In this document: in pieces, positions 55,978-64,000 of the stretch
Position numbering within the stretch: position 1 is the stretch's first letter
How the letters are laid out: each line of letters starts with the position of its first letter
Origin: an uncultured Candidatus Saccharibacteria bacterium
Lineage (GTDB): Bacteria; Patescibacteriota; Dojkabacteria; SC72
Reading direction: 5' to 3'
Assembly: GCA_964618765.1 (NCBI GenBank)
Contig: CAZUDZ010000001.1
Span: forward strand, 69,826 to 133,825
Length of the DNA stretch: 64,000 bases
Notes under the pieces: model-generated
Database searches by the model: none
Told to the model about the DNA's origin: nothing
Seen by the model: the letters and a program-made list of their open reading frames with translations, nothing else
Program-made: the position numbers and the translations under genes

Positions 55978-58490
55978 ATTAAAACTGCTTTGTATTTCTC
56001 TTCAACCTTTTCTGTTATCTCTTTAATAATATTCTTAATTTCTTCTTCATTGAGTGTTTTATTGTAATCGCTTGCAGTAATTCTAATAGTTATTCTTTTT
56101 TTATCAGTAGAGCTAGAGTCTTGATAAATATCTACACACTCTAAGCTGTCAGATAACTTCTTCTTCTCTAAAATATGAGTGATTTCATTTTTAATCTGTT
56201 CATACTTAATATCTGACATCATTTCAAAACAGAGATCCTGGGTGAAAGGAGGATATACTGACTGTCCTTTATATTTTCTACTACCTTTCTTAATTTTAAC
56301 TAGTTCATCTAGGTTAATTTCTAATGCTGCAGTGAATGCAGGGAGTTTAAAATTCTCCTTAACCTCTCTGTTTATCTCTCCAATTATTCCTAAGGATACT
56401 CCTGCTACAGAAAGGATTGCTGACCTATTAGGATCAAATACCCCTAGAAGGTTCCTAATGTAAGGAGGATGATCTATTTCTGAACTGTCTGCTACTAAAT
56501 CATACTGGACATCAAAGATCCCCATTGCCTTAAGTAGTTTCTCTAGGTACTTTTTAACGACATAGAATGCTGATGTACTCTCTTTTGAGTTTAGATCAGT
56601 TAAGAGTAAGCTTAGGTACCAGTGCTCAATAGGAAGCTTGTCTTCATGAATATAATTATTTAGATGTGCAATGTTCATCTCGTATATTGAGAAAATACTC
56701 TCCCCTCTCTGTATATTCTCTTGTGCTTTTACCAAGAGGGATTGTAATATACAGGTTCTCATTAGTGAGAGCTCTGGAGAAAGTGCATTCTTAATTTTGT
56801 AAGCTAAATTATTATCGAGGTTGCAGTTTCTAAAAGAGTTATCATCTACAAAACTGTAAGAGACCATTTCATTTGCTCCACTATTTGAAAGAACCTCTCT
56901 TACTTCTTTCTTTATCTCAACAATTCTATTTGGGGATGGTGGTTGTATCTTTTTTGAGGGTAACTCTATCTTAATATTATTGAAACCATATATCCTTCCA
57001 ATATCCTCATATATATCTTCCTTAATATTTATATCTCTTCTCCAATTTGGTGGTGTTACATAGAGATACTTTCTCTTGCCCCCAATCTTTTCTTTTAGTT
57101 TCTTCTCCCTTACTTGGAACTCTAAGTTAGTAAGTAGAGAAGATATTTCTTCTGTAGAAATTTCAGTACCTAATATCCTATTTAGATTGTCAGGATCTAT
57201 CTGTATTGTTTCTAATTTTAACTGTTCATGGTAAATATCTATTATCTTAGAAGCTACCTCTGTCTCAGTACTGTCCTCCTTAATTAAATCCACCGCTTTT
57301 ACTAGAACTGCTCTACATTGATTTGGATCAAGGTCGTGTTTAAATCTTGTAGCTGCTTCAGTAAAAATACCCAATCTCATACTAGTTCTTCTAATGCTAG
57401 TTTTATTAAAGTTGGCTGATTCTAAAACGATTCTATTTGTATTGTAGTCCACCTCTGTATCCTTTCCTCCTATGATTCCTGCAATAGCAATTGGATTGGT
57501 ACTATCTGCTATGACCATAGTTTTTTCATCTAGATTGTACAGCTTATCATCTAGCCCTAACATTTTCTCTTCTGCTCTTGCCATTCGAATATTTATACTT
57601 ACACTATTCTTAGAGTTAGGGTCATGGCTTAGTAGTTTGTCAAAATCAAAAGCATGCAGTGGTTGGCTTGTTAGTAAAGAAATATAGTTGGTGATATCTA
57701 CAATATTATTAACAGGCCTTATGTTGCATTTAATCAGTATTGACTTGAGCCATATTGGGGATTCTTTGACTTTGATTTGATCAAGGACAATTGCGGTATA
57801 TCTAGGACATATTGCTTCGGCATCATTTATTATCTCAATGTTCAAACAGGTTGTCTCAGGATTAAGATCTGCTTCTTCATTGAGATACCACGCGGGACTT
57901 TCAAATTTGTTTCCTAAAATGGCGGTAAGCTCTCTTGAAATACCTAGTACACCGAATAGGTCTGCCCTATTTGTTAATGCCTTATTCTCTATCTCAATTA
58001 TGGTGTCGTCTAGGTTGTAGTATTTACTAAAGTTCTCCCCTACAGGGGCGTCATGAGGTAGAGTTAGAACTCTCTCATGGTCTGGTCCAATATTAAGTTC
58101 TCTTTCAGAACCCAACATTCCATTTGATGTTACATCTCTTAATTTCACACTTTTAATTTTAACGGGTTTCTCTTCTGTTCGCAGACTATATGGAAGTGTA
58201 GATCCAACTTTCATATATGCTACCTTATCTCCTATGTTTAAATTCTTATCTCCTGCTACTACTTGAATACTTTCTTTCTCACCGCAACCTATTTGGTAAA
58301 TTGCAAGTTTGTCTGCATCTGGATGATCTTTCTTCTCAACAACTTCTGCTATTACAATATCTTTGTAGTCTTGTGACAAATTATGGCTGTACTCTACCTC
58401 CCCTATGTGAGACTGTATTAATTTTACAATCTCATCATCGTTAACAGTTATGTTTCCAAATTGTTTAAGAAGATTAGTACTTACTCTCAT
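55974..58490 (-). CDS. pheT: Phenylalanyl-tRNA synthetase beta subunit
   Basis: 838 aa. N-terminal tRNA-binding OB (KVGSTLPYSLRTEEKPVKIKSVKLRDVTSNGML), B3/B4 and B5 domains, and a C-terminal anticodon-binding/FDX domain. Confidence 0.9.
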   Translation of the reverse strand: MRVSTNLLKQFGNITVNDDEIVKLIQSHIGEVEYSHNLSQDYKDIVIAEVVEKKDHPDADKLAIYQIGCGEKESIQVVAGDKNLNIGDKVAYMKVGSTLPYSLRTEEKPVKIKSVKLRDVTSNGMLGSERELNIGPDHERVLTLPHDAPVGENFSKYYNLDDTIIEIENKALTNRADLFGVLGISRELTAILGNKFESPAWYLNEEADLNPETTCLNIEIINDAEAICPRYTAIVLDQIKVKESPIWLKSILIKCNIRPVNNIVDITNYISLLTSQPLHAFDFDKLLSHDPNSKNSVSINIRMARAEEKMLGLDDKLYNLDEKTMVIADSTNPIAIAGIIGGKDTEVDYNTNRIVLESANFNKTSIRRTSMRLGIFTEAATRFKHDLDPNQCRAVLVKAVDLIKEDSTETEVASKIIDIYHEQLKLETIQIDPDNLNRILGTEISTEEISSLLTNLEFQVREKKLKEKIGGKRKYLYVTPPNWRRDINIKEDIYEDIGRIYGFNNIKIELPSKKIQPPSPNRIVEIKKEVREVLSNSGANEMVSYSFVDDNSFRNCNLDNNLAYKIKNALSPELSLMRTCILQSLLVKAQENIQRGESIFSIYEMNIAHLNNYIHEDKLPIEHWYLSLLLTDLNSKESTSAFYVVKKYLEKLLKAMGIFDVQYDLVADSSEIDHPPYIRNLLGVFDPNRSAILSVAGVSLGIIGEINREVKENFKLPAFTAALEINLDELVKIKKGSRKYKGQSVYPPFTQDLCFEMMSDIKYEQIKNEITHILEKKKLSDSLECVDIYQDSSSTDKKRITIRITASDYNKTLNEEEIKNIIKEITEKVEEKYKAVLI

Positions 58491-58493
58491 ATA

Positions 58494-59534
58494 TTAAAAC
58501 TGTCTTAAGAAATTAAGGTTTCCATCTCTAAGGTATCTGATATCATTTATACCCAATTTAATCATCGCCAACCTATCTACACCAAAGCCCCAAGCAAATC
58601 CAGAATATATTTCAGGGTCAATCTCCGCTTCTTTCAGTACATTTGGATGTATCATTCCACATCCCATTATCTCAATCCATCCAGAGTGTCCACATGTAGA
58701 GCATCCAACCATATCGCAGAATGGACAGCCTATGACAAATTCACAATCTGGTTCTGTAAATGGAAAGTATGCAGGTTGAATTTTAATTTTTAAATCTGTT
58801 TCAAGATATCTTTCTAAGTAGGTTTTAATGGTGGCAATCATATTGGAAAGAGAAACTCCTTTATCTACATAGACTCCCTCTATTTGGTGAAATGTATGTT
58901 CATGTCCAGCATCTGTGGCTTCGTTTCGAAAGCATCTACCAGGTAGTACAACTGCAATTGGTGCAGGAGCAAAATTCTTAAGAGCCCTATTTTGCATTGT
59001 GGAAGTATGTGCAGGTAACAGCAATCCCTCTTCTGTTTGAAATGTGTCATACATATCTCTCGCAGGATGTCCTTTGGGGAAGTTTAATGATTGAAACATA
59101 TGATAGTCATCATCTATTTGTCTACTTTCTAGAATATTAAAACCCATGCTACTGAATATGCTTAGTAGAATCTCCACCTCTTTGGTTAAAGGGTGCTTAC
59201 TGCCATTTAAGGCAAAGAATCTTCCCTCTTCACTCCTTGTGCTGTTAATGTCAAATGGTGCTGTAGGATCAATTTTAGAACTTTGTGAGTATGTTTCTTT
59301 CTCGCCCACACTCTTCTCTCTGAGTATCTCTTCTAAGTATTTCTTAATCTTGTTAACCTGTTGTCCATATATTGGTTTTTCTTCATTGGGTAGGTTAGCT
59401 ATCTCTTTTAGTGCTTTATGAAGTATCCCACTTTTAGAAAGATACTTCTCTTTTAACTCTTTAGAACTAATTTTTTTTCTATCTTCTTCGATGTCTTTTT
59501 TAAGCTTTTCTAACTTTTTATTCTCGTATTCCAT
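58494..59534 (-). CDS. pheS: Phenylalanyl-tRNA synthetase alpha subunit
   Basis: 346 aa. GHPARDMYDTF and FPFTEPDCEF class II motifs. Confidence 0.9.
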   Translation of the reverse strand: MEYENKKLEKLKKDIEEDRKKISSKELKEKYLSKSGILHKALKEIANLPNEEKPIYGQQVNKIKKYLEEILREKSVGEKETYSQSSKIDPTAPFDINSTRSEEGRFFALNGSKHPLTKEVEILLSIFSSMGFNILESRQIDDDYHMFQSLNFPKGHPARDMYDTFQTEEGLLLPAHTSTMQNRALKNFAPAPIAVVLPGRCFRNEATDAGHEHTFHQIEGVYVDKGVSLSNMIATIKTYLERYLETDLKIKIQPAYFPFTEPDCEFVIGCPFCDMVGCSTCGHSGWIEIMGCGMIHPNVLKEAEIDPEIYSGFAWGFGVDRLAMIKLGINDIRYLRDGNLNFLRQF

Positions 59535-59563
59535 ATTTAAAAGTATACTACATCATTATTAAA

Positions 59564-59590
59564 CAAAAAAGGACTCTTTGTAGAGTCCTT
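59564..59590 (-). terminator. Rho-independent terminator between rplT and pheS
   Basis: On the minus strand AAGGACTCT-ACAA-AGAGTCCTT (9-bp perfect stem) is followed by TTTTTTG. Confidence 0.55.
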
Positions 59591-59614
59591 TAAAATTATC
59601 CTGTTTAAGGAACT

Positions 59615-59953
59615 CTACAATGATTTAACTAGAAATGAAAAAACTTCAGGATTATTTACTGCTAAATCAGCTAATACCTTCCTGTTTAATTCTATTTTAT
59701 TATCCCTAATCTTTTTTATGAAGTCTTTGTATTGTATATCATTCTGTTTACAGGCTGCATTTATTTTAGGTATCCAGATTCTCCTCATTTGGGCACCTCT
59801 TTTCTGTCTATGATCGTATGCATACTGTCCTGCATGAAGATAGGCTTCGTTAGCTACTTTGTAGAGTTTGCTTTTAGTTAACCTATATCCTTTAGTTTGT
59901 TTAAGGATTTTTTTATGTCTTCTTTTTCTTGTTGTTCCTCCTTTAACTCTCAT
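59615..59953 (-). CDS. rplT: 50S ribosomal protein L20
   Basis: MRVKGGTTRKRRHKKILKQTKGYRL...QMRRIWIPKINAA. Confidence 0.9.
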   Translation of the reverse strand: MRVKGGTTRKRRHKKILKQTKGYRLTKSKLYKVANEAYLHAGQYAYDHRQKRGAQMRRIWIPKINAACKQNDIQYKDFIKKIRDNKIELNRKVLADLAVNNPEVFSFLVKSL

Positions 59954-59963
59954 ACTTTTTTAA

Positions 59964-60176
59964 TTAAAGATTAACTATTTTTCTAATTAATGCCTTCCTG
60001 TTAGATTTGTCTACCTGTGCATTGTCTTTCTGCCTTCTCTTCTGTCTAGAAGATTTCTTTGTTCTTAGATGGTTTTGATGACTTTGCACATACATTAGTT
60101 TAGGAGATTTATTTCCTCTTGGCTTGGACAGCTTAATTCTTTTCCTTGCGGTTTTATTTGTCTTTTGTCTTGCCAT
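59964..60176 (-). CDS. rpmI: 50S ribosomal protein L35
   Basis: 70 aa, very basic. MARQKTNKTARKRIKLS... Conserved position between infC and rplT. Overlaps the infC 3' end by 23 nt. Confidence 0.7.
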   Translation of the reverse strand: MARQKTNKTARKRIKLSKPRGNKSPKLMYVQSHQNHLRTKKSSRQKRRQKDNAQVDKSNRKALIRKIVNL

Positions 60177-60681
60177 TTGAAGTAAATGTTATTGAAATCC
60201 TATTTCCCATTTGCTTGGTTTCGGCTTCGATACTACTATAATCATCAAAATTAGTCAATATTTCAGCAAAAACCTCTTTTGCTAGAGCCATTGGTTGTCT
60301 ACCCTTTTTCTGCATTACTAGTTTGACAGGGTGTCCCTTATCTAAGTACTCCTTTGCTCTTTTTACTCTATGTTCGATATCTCCATCTTCTATCACAGGG
60401 GAGAACCTAAATTCTTTCTGTTCTTTGGCTTTGCCTTTACTGGCTCCTCTTTGCTTTTTGTTTTGTTCGTACAGGTATTTAGAAAAATCCATTATTTTAC
60501 ATACTGGTGGTGATACATTAGGGCCAACTTCTACAAGATCAAGTTCAGCTTTTTTTGCTAGGTCAAGTGCCTTTGCAGTCACCATTACTCCCAGATTTTC
60601 TCCTTCCTGGTCTATTAACTGCACTTGATTTACTCTAATATATTCATTGATCCGAGGTCCTTTGTTTTTTCTAAAATCCAT
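60154..60681 (-). CDS. infC: Translation initiation factor IF-3
   Basis: INEYIRVNQVQLIDQEGENLGVM...ELDLVEV...PPVCKIMDF. The C-domain is present. Confidence 0.85.
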   Translation of the reverse strand: MDFRKNKGPRINEYIRVNQVQLIDQEGENLGVMVTAKALDLAKKAELDLVEVGPNVSPPVCKIMDFSKYLYEQNKKQRGASKGKAKEQKEFRFSPVIEDGDIEHRVKRAKEYLDKGHPVKLVMQKKGRQPMALAKEVFAEILTNFDDYSSIEAETKQMGNRISITFTSNGKTKDK

Positions 60682-60707
60682 TTATTAATTAATTTGTTTT
60701 AAATTAT

Positions 60708-62486
60708 TTATTGACCATTTTTGGTAAAAGACTCTTTGTTCCTGATTTCTTCCTTTAGGTTGTCTATGAATTCTTGAATCTTCATTAGCCCTTCTTCTTT
60801 GTTTCTTCTTGCTCTAACAGATACAGTTTCTGTTTCTATTTCTTTGTCTCCTACTACTATGATGTATGGGATTTTCATTTTCTCTGCATCTCTGATTCTA
60901 GATTGCATGCTCTTGTTTCTGTCATCCATTTTAACTCTAAGATTGGCTGTTTTTAGTTGGTCAAAAACCTGTTGAGCATATTTGGTGTGCTTCTCTGAGA
61001 TTGGGATTACATATACCTGCTCGGGGGTAAACCATAGGGGGAAATCTCCTCCGTGGTGTTCTATGAGGAATGCAAAGAACCTTTCAAAAGATCCTATTAG
61101 TGCTCTGTGTATTATATATGGTCTTTTCTCTTGGCCATCTGAATCGATATATGTGATGTCAAATCTTTCAGGGAAATTGAAGTCGAGCTGTATTGTAGAA
61201 ACTGAATCTTCTTTCCCGAAGACATTTACTGCCTGGATATCTATTTTGGGGCCATAGAAGGCTGCATCTCCTGGTATTTCTTCAAATTCAACTCCTCTAT
61301 CTACAAGTACTTTTCTAAGAGTTTCTTCTGCGATTTGCCATTTCTCAGGATCTCCTACATATTTCTCTTTCTGTTCTTCTTTCTTGCCTGAGAGAGAAAG
61401 TCGGAATTTGTAATTGTCAAATCCTACATCTTTGTAAAAGATATCAAGTAAATCTAGCGTCTCATTAATTACTTGTTCTAGTTGCTCTGGGGTACAGAAG
61501 AGATGTGCATCGTTTTGTGTAAAGCCTCTTACTCTTTGTAATCCGTGTAGCTCTCCCGATTTCTCGTATCTGTATACTGTACCAAATTCTCCTAATTTGT
61601 ATGGTAGCTCCCTGTAGCTCTTGGGAGTTAATTTGTATACCATCATTGCTGCTGGACAATTCATGGGTTTAAGATAGTAGGTCTCATCCTCTACCTCAAT
61701 TGGTGCATACATGGAGTCTTTGTAGAAATCTAAATGACCAGAGGTTTCAAAAAGGACTTTTTTGTTAATATGTGGAGTTAGTATATGTTCATATCCTGCA
61801 TCTCTTTCTAGTTCTAGCATGTAGTTTTCTAGTATGGTACGCATCATATATCCTCTAGGAAGCCATACAGGTAATCCCTGTCCTATCTCATTAATTATTG
61901 CAAAGAGTTCTAACTGCTTACCTAATTTTCTGTGATTTCTTTTTTCTAATTCTTCTTGTCCTTTTAAGTATTCATTTAGCTCCTCCTTACTCTCAAAGGC
62001 TGTCCCGTATATTCTAGTTAACATCTCGCTCTCTTCATCTCCTCTCCAGTAAGCTCCTGCAGTTTTTGTTAACTTAATGGCACCAATATCTTTGGTGTTT
62101 TCCACATGAGGACCTCTACAAAGATCTGCAAACTCATTTTCTCCTGTTACAAAAAAGCTAAATTCGTTTCCTTCTAATTCATCAAGTAATTCTAATTTAT
62201 ATACCTGATCAGTTTTTTTAAGATATTTTTCTGCCTCTTCTTTATTCATCATTATTTGTTTGAAAGGGAGTTTCTGCTTTATGATTTTTTTCATCTCCTT
62301 CTCTATTTTAGGCAGGTCTTCTTCCTCTATGGGTTCACTAAATTCAAAGTCGTAGTAGAAACCATTCTCTATGGCAGGTCCTATACCTAGCTTTGTGTCT
62401 GGGTAGAGCTTAAGTACAGCTTGAGCTAGTATATGGGAAGCGGAGTGTCTTATAATTTCTAATTTTGATTTTTGTTCAGAGTCCAT
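60708..62486 (-). CDS. thrS: Threonyl-tRNA synthetase
   Basis: 592 aa. Second additional domain (HxxxH editing-like region ...HSASHILA...), class II core with HRKLGKQLELF, and a C-terminal anticodon-binding domain. Confidence 0.9.
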   Translation of the reverse strand: MDSEQKSKLEIIRHSASHILAQAVLKLYPDTKLGIGPAIENGFYYDFEFSEPIEEEDLPKIEKEMKKIIKQKLPFKQIMMNKEEAEKYLKKTDQVYKLELLDELEGNEFSFFVTGENEFADLCRGPHVENTKDIGAIKLTKTAGAYWRGDEESEMLTRIYGTAFESKEELNEYLKGQEELEKRNHRKLGKQLELFAIINEIGQGLPVWLPRGYMMRTILENYMLELERDAGYEHILTPHINKKVLFETSGHLDFYKDSMYAPIEVEDETYYLKPMNCPAAMMVYKLTPKSYRELPYKLGEFGTVYRYEKSGELHGLQRVRGFTQNDAHLFCTPEQLEQVINETLDLLDIFYKDVGFDNYKFRLSLSGKKEEQKEKYVGDPEKWQIAEETLRKVLVDRGVEFEEIPGDAAFYGPKIDIQAVNVFGKEDSVSTIQLDFNFPERFDITYIDSDGQEKRPYIIHRALIGSFERFFAFLIEHHGGDFPLWFTPEQVYVIPISEKHTKYAQQVFDQLKTANLRVKMDDRNKSMQSRIRDAEKMKIPYIIVVGDKEIETETVSVRARRNKEEGLMKIQEFIDNLKEEIRNKESFTKNGQ

Positions 62487-62657
62487 TGTTAAATAGATAA
62501 AGTTAAGTTAATGTTTGGGAAAAACAGTATCATTAGAAAAGGTTTGTTGAAAAAACGATTTTAGACAATTTCTCTTTTTTTGTACCAAATTGTTTATACA
62601 TTCCTCTCATTTTATATTTTTATATACAATTTTGCAATTAGTTAGAATATTTTAGGA

Positions 62658-63398
62658 TTAAGTCTTAATGATGTAAAAGGATATGGTGTTTAATCCAAAG
62701 TCATATGATTCGAAGAGTTTGATGTTGTCCAGTGAGAGTTTTTCTAAAGGATATCTCTTAGGATGTTTTAAAATTAACACACCTTTAAACTCTTTTTTTG
62801 ACTTGTCTTGTACTCCTGTGAGTAGATTGCTTGCCATGTTTACAATCTCTTCCATTTTATGTGTTGTTTTTGTATTAAAGAGTTTGTATGGAGGATCTAG
62901 AAAGATTATATCAAAGGGCTCTATTGGATCCCCATTGTTCTTTTTGTAAAGGTACTCCTCTACCTTCGACTTTATGATTTCTGTATCTAGTAAGAAACCA
63001 GTGTGAGTTACATTTTTTTCAAGAACAAAGTAGGCACTTTTAGATGCTTCTACAAATGTAGTATGCATTGCTCCTCTAGAGAGGGCTTCTAATCCAAATG
63101 AACCGGTACCAGCATAGAGGTCTAAGACTTTCTTTTTGAAGATATCTTTTTGTAGTATATCGAATATTTGAACTTTCATCCTATCAGTTAATGGTCTTGT
63201 GGTTTTAGGGATTTCTAGTTTAAAATTTTTTGCTTTTCCTGCGGTTATTCTTACGAATGTTTTAATGGTTGGTTCTTTGTGTAGAAATTTTTCTCTAAGG
63301 AAAACTCTTTCTCTTTCATCAAACTCTTCTGGAGTTTCTACTTTCCATTTGTTTCTTTCCTTCCTTAATTTTTTCGCAGAATCGTATTTTAGGCTCAT
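62658..63398 (-). CDS. RsmD-like RNA (guanine-N2) methyltransferase with a ~60-aa N-terminal extension
   Basis: VLDLYAGTGSFGLEALSRGA (SAM motif I) and FDIIFLDPPY (the D/NPPY catalytic motif). Confidence 0.55.
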   Translation of the reverse strand: MSLKYDSAKKLRKERNKWKVETPEEFDERERVFLREKFLHKEPTIKTFVRITAGKAKNFKLEIPKTTRPLTDRMKVQIFDILQKDIFKKKVLDLYAGTGSFGLEALSRGAMHTTFVEASKSAYFVLEKNVTHTGFLLDTEIIKSKVEEYLYKKNNGDPIEPFDIIFLDPPYKLFNTKTTHKMEEIVNMASNLLTGVQDKSKKEFKGVLILKHPKRYPLEKLSLDNIKLFESYDFGLNTISFYIIKT

Positions 63399-63422
63399 AT
63401 CTGCATATTATATACCATTGGC

Positions 63423-64000
63423 TTACTTATCAACATTTATACCTCCCATTTTAAGACCACCCATTTTAAGGGAGGTGTTCTCTATTTTGTCCACAAAAGT
63501 TCCTGTACTTGACCAGCTACTTGGGAAGTCATCTGTATCCCAGAATTTAATTCTCCAGTAATATGTTGATCCTGAGGTTCCTGTGAGTGCTGTCCCATTA
63601 TATTCTATAGGTGGACAGGATGCGTTGGAAGGGGTTGAGCTCATGGCTGTCTTTGGGCTGTTCCATAGATTTATTACAGAGAAATTGCTTACGCTAGTTA
63701 TTTGTATTTGGTAGTATGCTCCGAAGTCATCATTGCTGTCTGAGAATACTGCGGAGAATTTTGGTTTTACAGAAAGGATATATGATGGATTTGTTTGACC
63801 TTCTACTCTGAGATCTGATGGTGCTGCAGGAGGCCCTGACATTGTAAAGTGAGTAGTTTCGGACCAATCAGATTGATTATCTATTGTGTCCCAGAATCGA
63901 ATTCTCCAATAGTAGGTGTTACCATTAAATGTTAAAGCAGTCCCCCCATATGTTATATCAGTAGATCTATGTCCGTTAGGGATGGAGGTAATGGATGTTT
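63423..64000 (-). CDS. Large secreted protein with tandem ~110-aa beta (FN3/Ig-like) repeats; N-terminal part lies beyond the window end
   Basis: The ORF continues in frame upstream of the listed Met to the window edge. The hand-translated upstream part, ...TYYWRIRFWDTIDNQSDWSETTHFTM, repeats the downstream ...STYYWRIKFWDTDDFPSSWSSTGTFV, which indicates tandem domain repeats. Confidence 0.45.
   Translation of the reverse strand, partial: TSITSIPNGHRSTDITYGGTALTFNGNTYYWRIRFWDTIDNQSDWSETTHFTMSGPPAAPSDLRVEGQTNPSYILSVKPKFSAVFSDSNDDFGAYYQIQITSVSNFSVINLWNSPKTAMSSTPSNASCPPIEYNGTALTGTSGSTYYWRIKFWDTDDFPSSWSSTGTFVDKIENTSLKMGGLKMGGINVDK

Noticed and set aside
62487-62657. Possible T-box or leader upstream of thrS
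   Set aside because: The region is only about 170 nt, AT-rich, and lacks a recognisable specifier/T-box (AATTAGGGTGGNACCGCG-like) sequence.

Overview
This is a 64 kb window of low-GC (roughly 35%), gene-dense bacterial chromosome with about 60 CDS on both strands. It looks like a monoderm, small-genome bacterium (CPR/Firmicutes-like), because it has sortases, a type IV pilus (T4P) cluster with no secretin, and a trigger factor lacking the PPIase domain. That call is inference, not seen in the sequence itself.

Most of the content is housekeeping: gyrB, an inserted ORF and gyrA; holB-like; rpsP-khpA; rnc; nusB; rpmF (missed by the ORF track because it is under 60 aa); dus; tig-clpP; mutS; hisS; a class A PBP; and the conserved thrS-infC-rpmI-rplT-(terminator)-pheS-pheT block.

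The largest coherent system is a near-complete monoderm-type T4P / competence-like pilus locus at 13.7-25.0 kb. It carries pilB, a pilT with a long disordered N-terminal extension, pilC, a major pilin with a strong promoter and terminator, pilD, three minor pilins, a CheY-like regulator, and pilM/N/O.

The accessory or unusual items are:
- A 65-bp tandem repeat array (about 4.4 copies) in a divergent promoter region at 30.3 kb.
- A membrane-anchored Hsp100/Clp-family double-AAA+ ATPase. It follows a small membrane protein in the same frame, separated only by a TAG stop.
- A tRNA-Val(GAC)-adjacent segment at 35.1-39.6 kb carrying an Erm-like rRNA adenine methyltransferase, an S41 peptidase, an ASCH protein and a Doc/Fic toxin with a tiny upstream ORF. 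Three consecutive genes there are each preceded by a conserved ~50-nt intergenic repeat whose 5' end resembles the tRNA 3' end.
- A PEP-utilizing enzyme whose swivel-domain phosphohistidine is replaced by Asp.
- Two sortases with a putative substrate.
- A GT4-GT2 fused glycosyltransferase.

No CRISPR array, rRNA gene or obvious transposase or integrase was seen.
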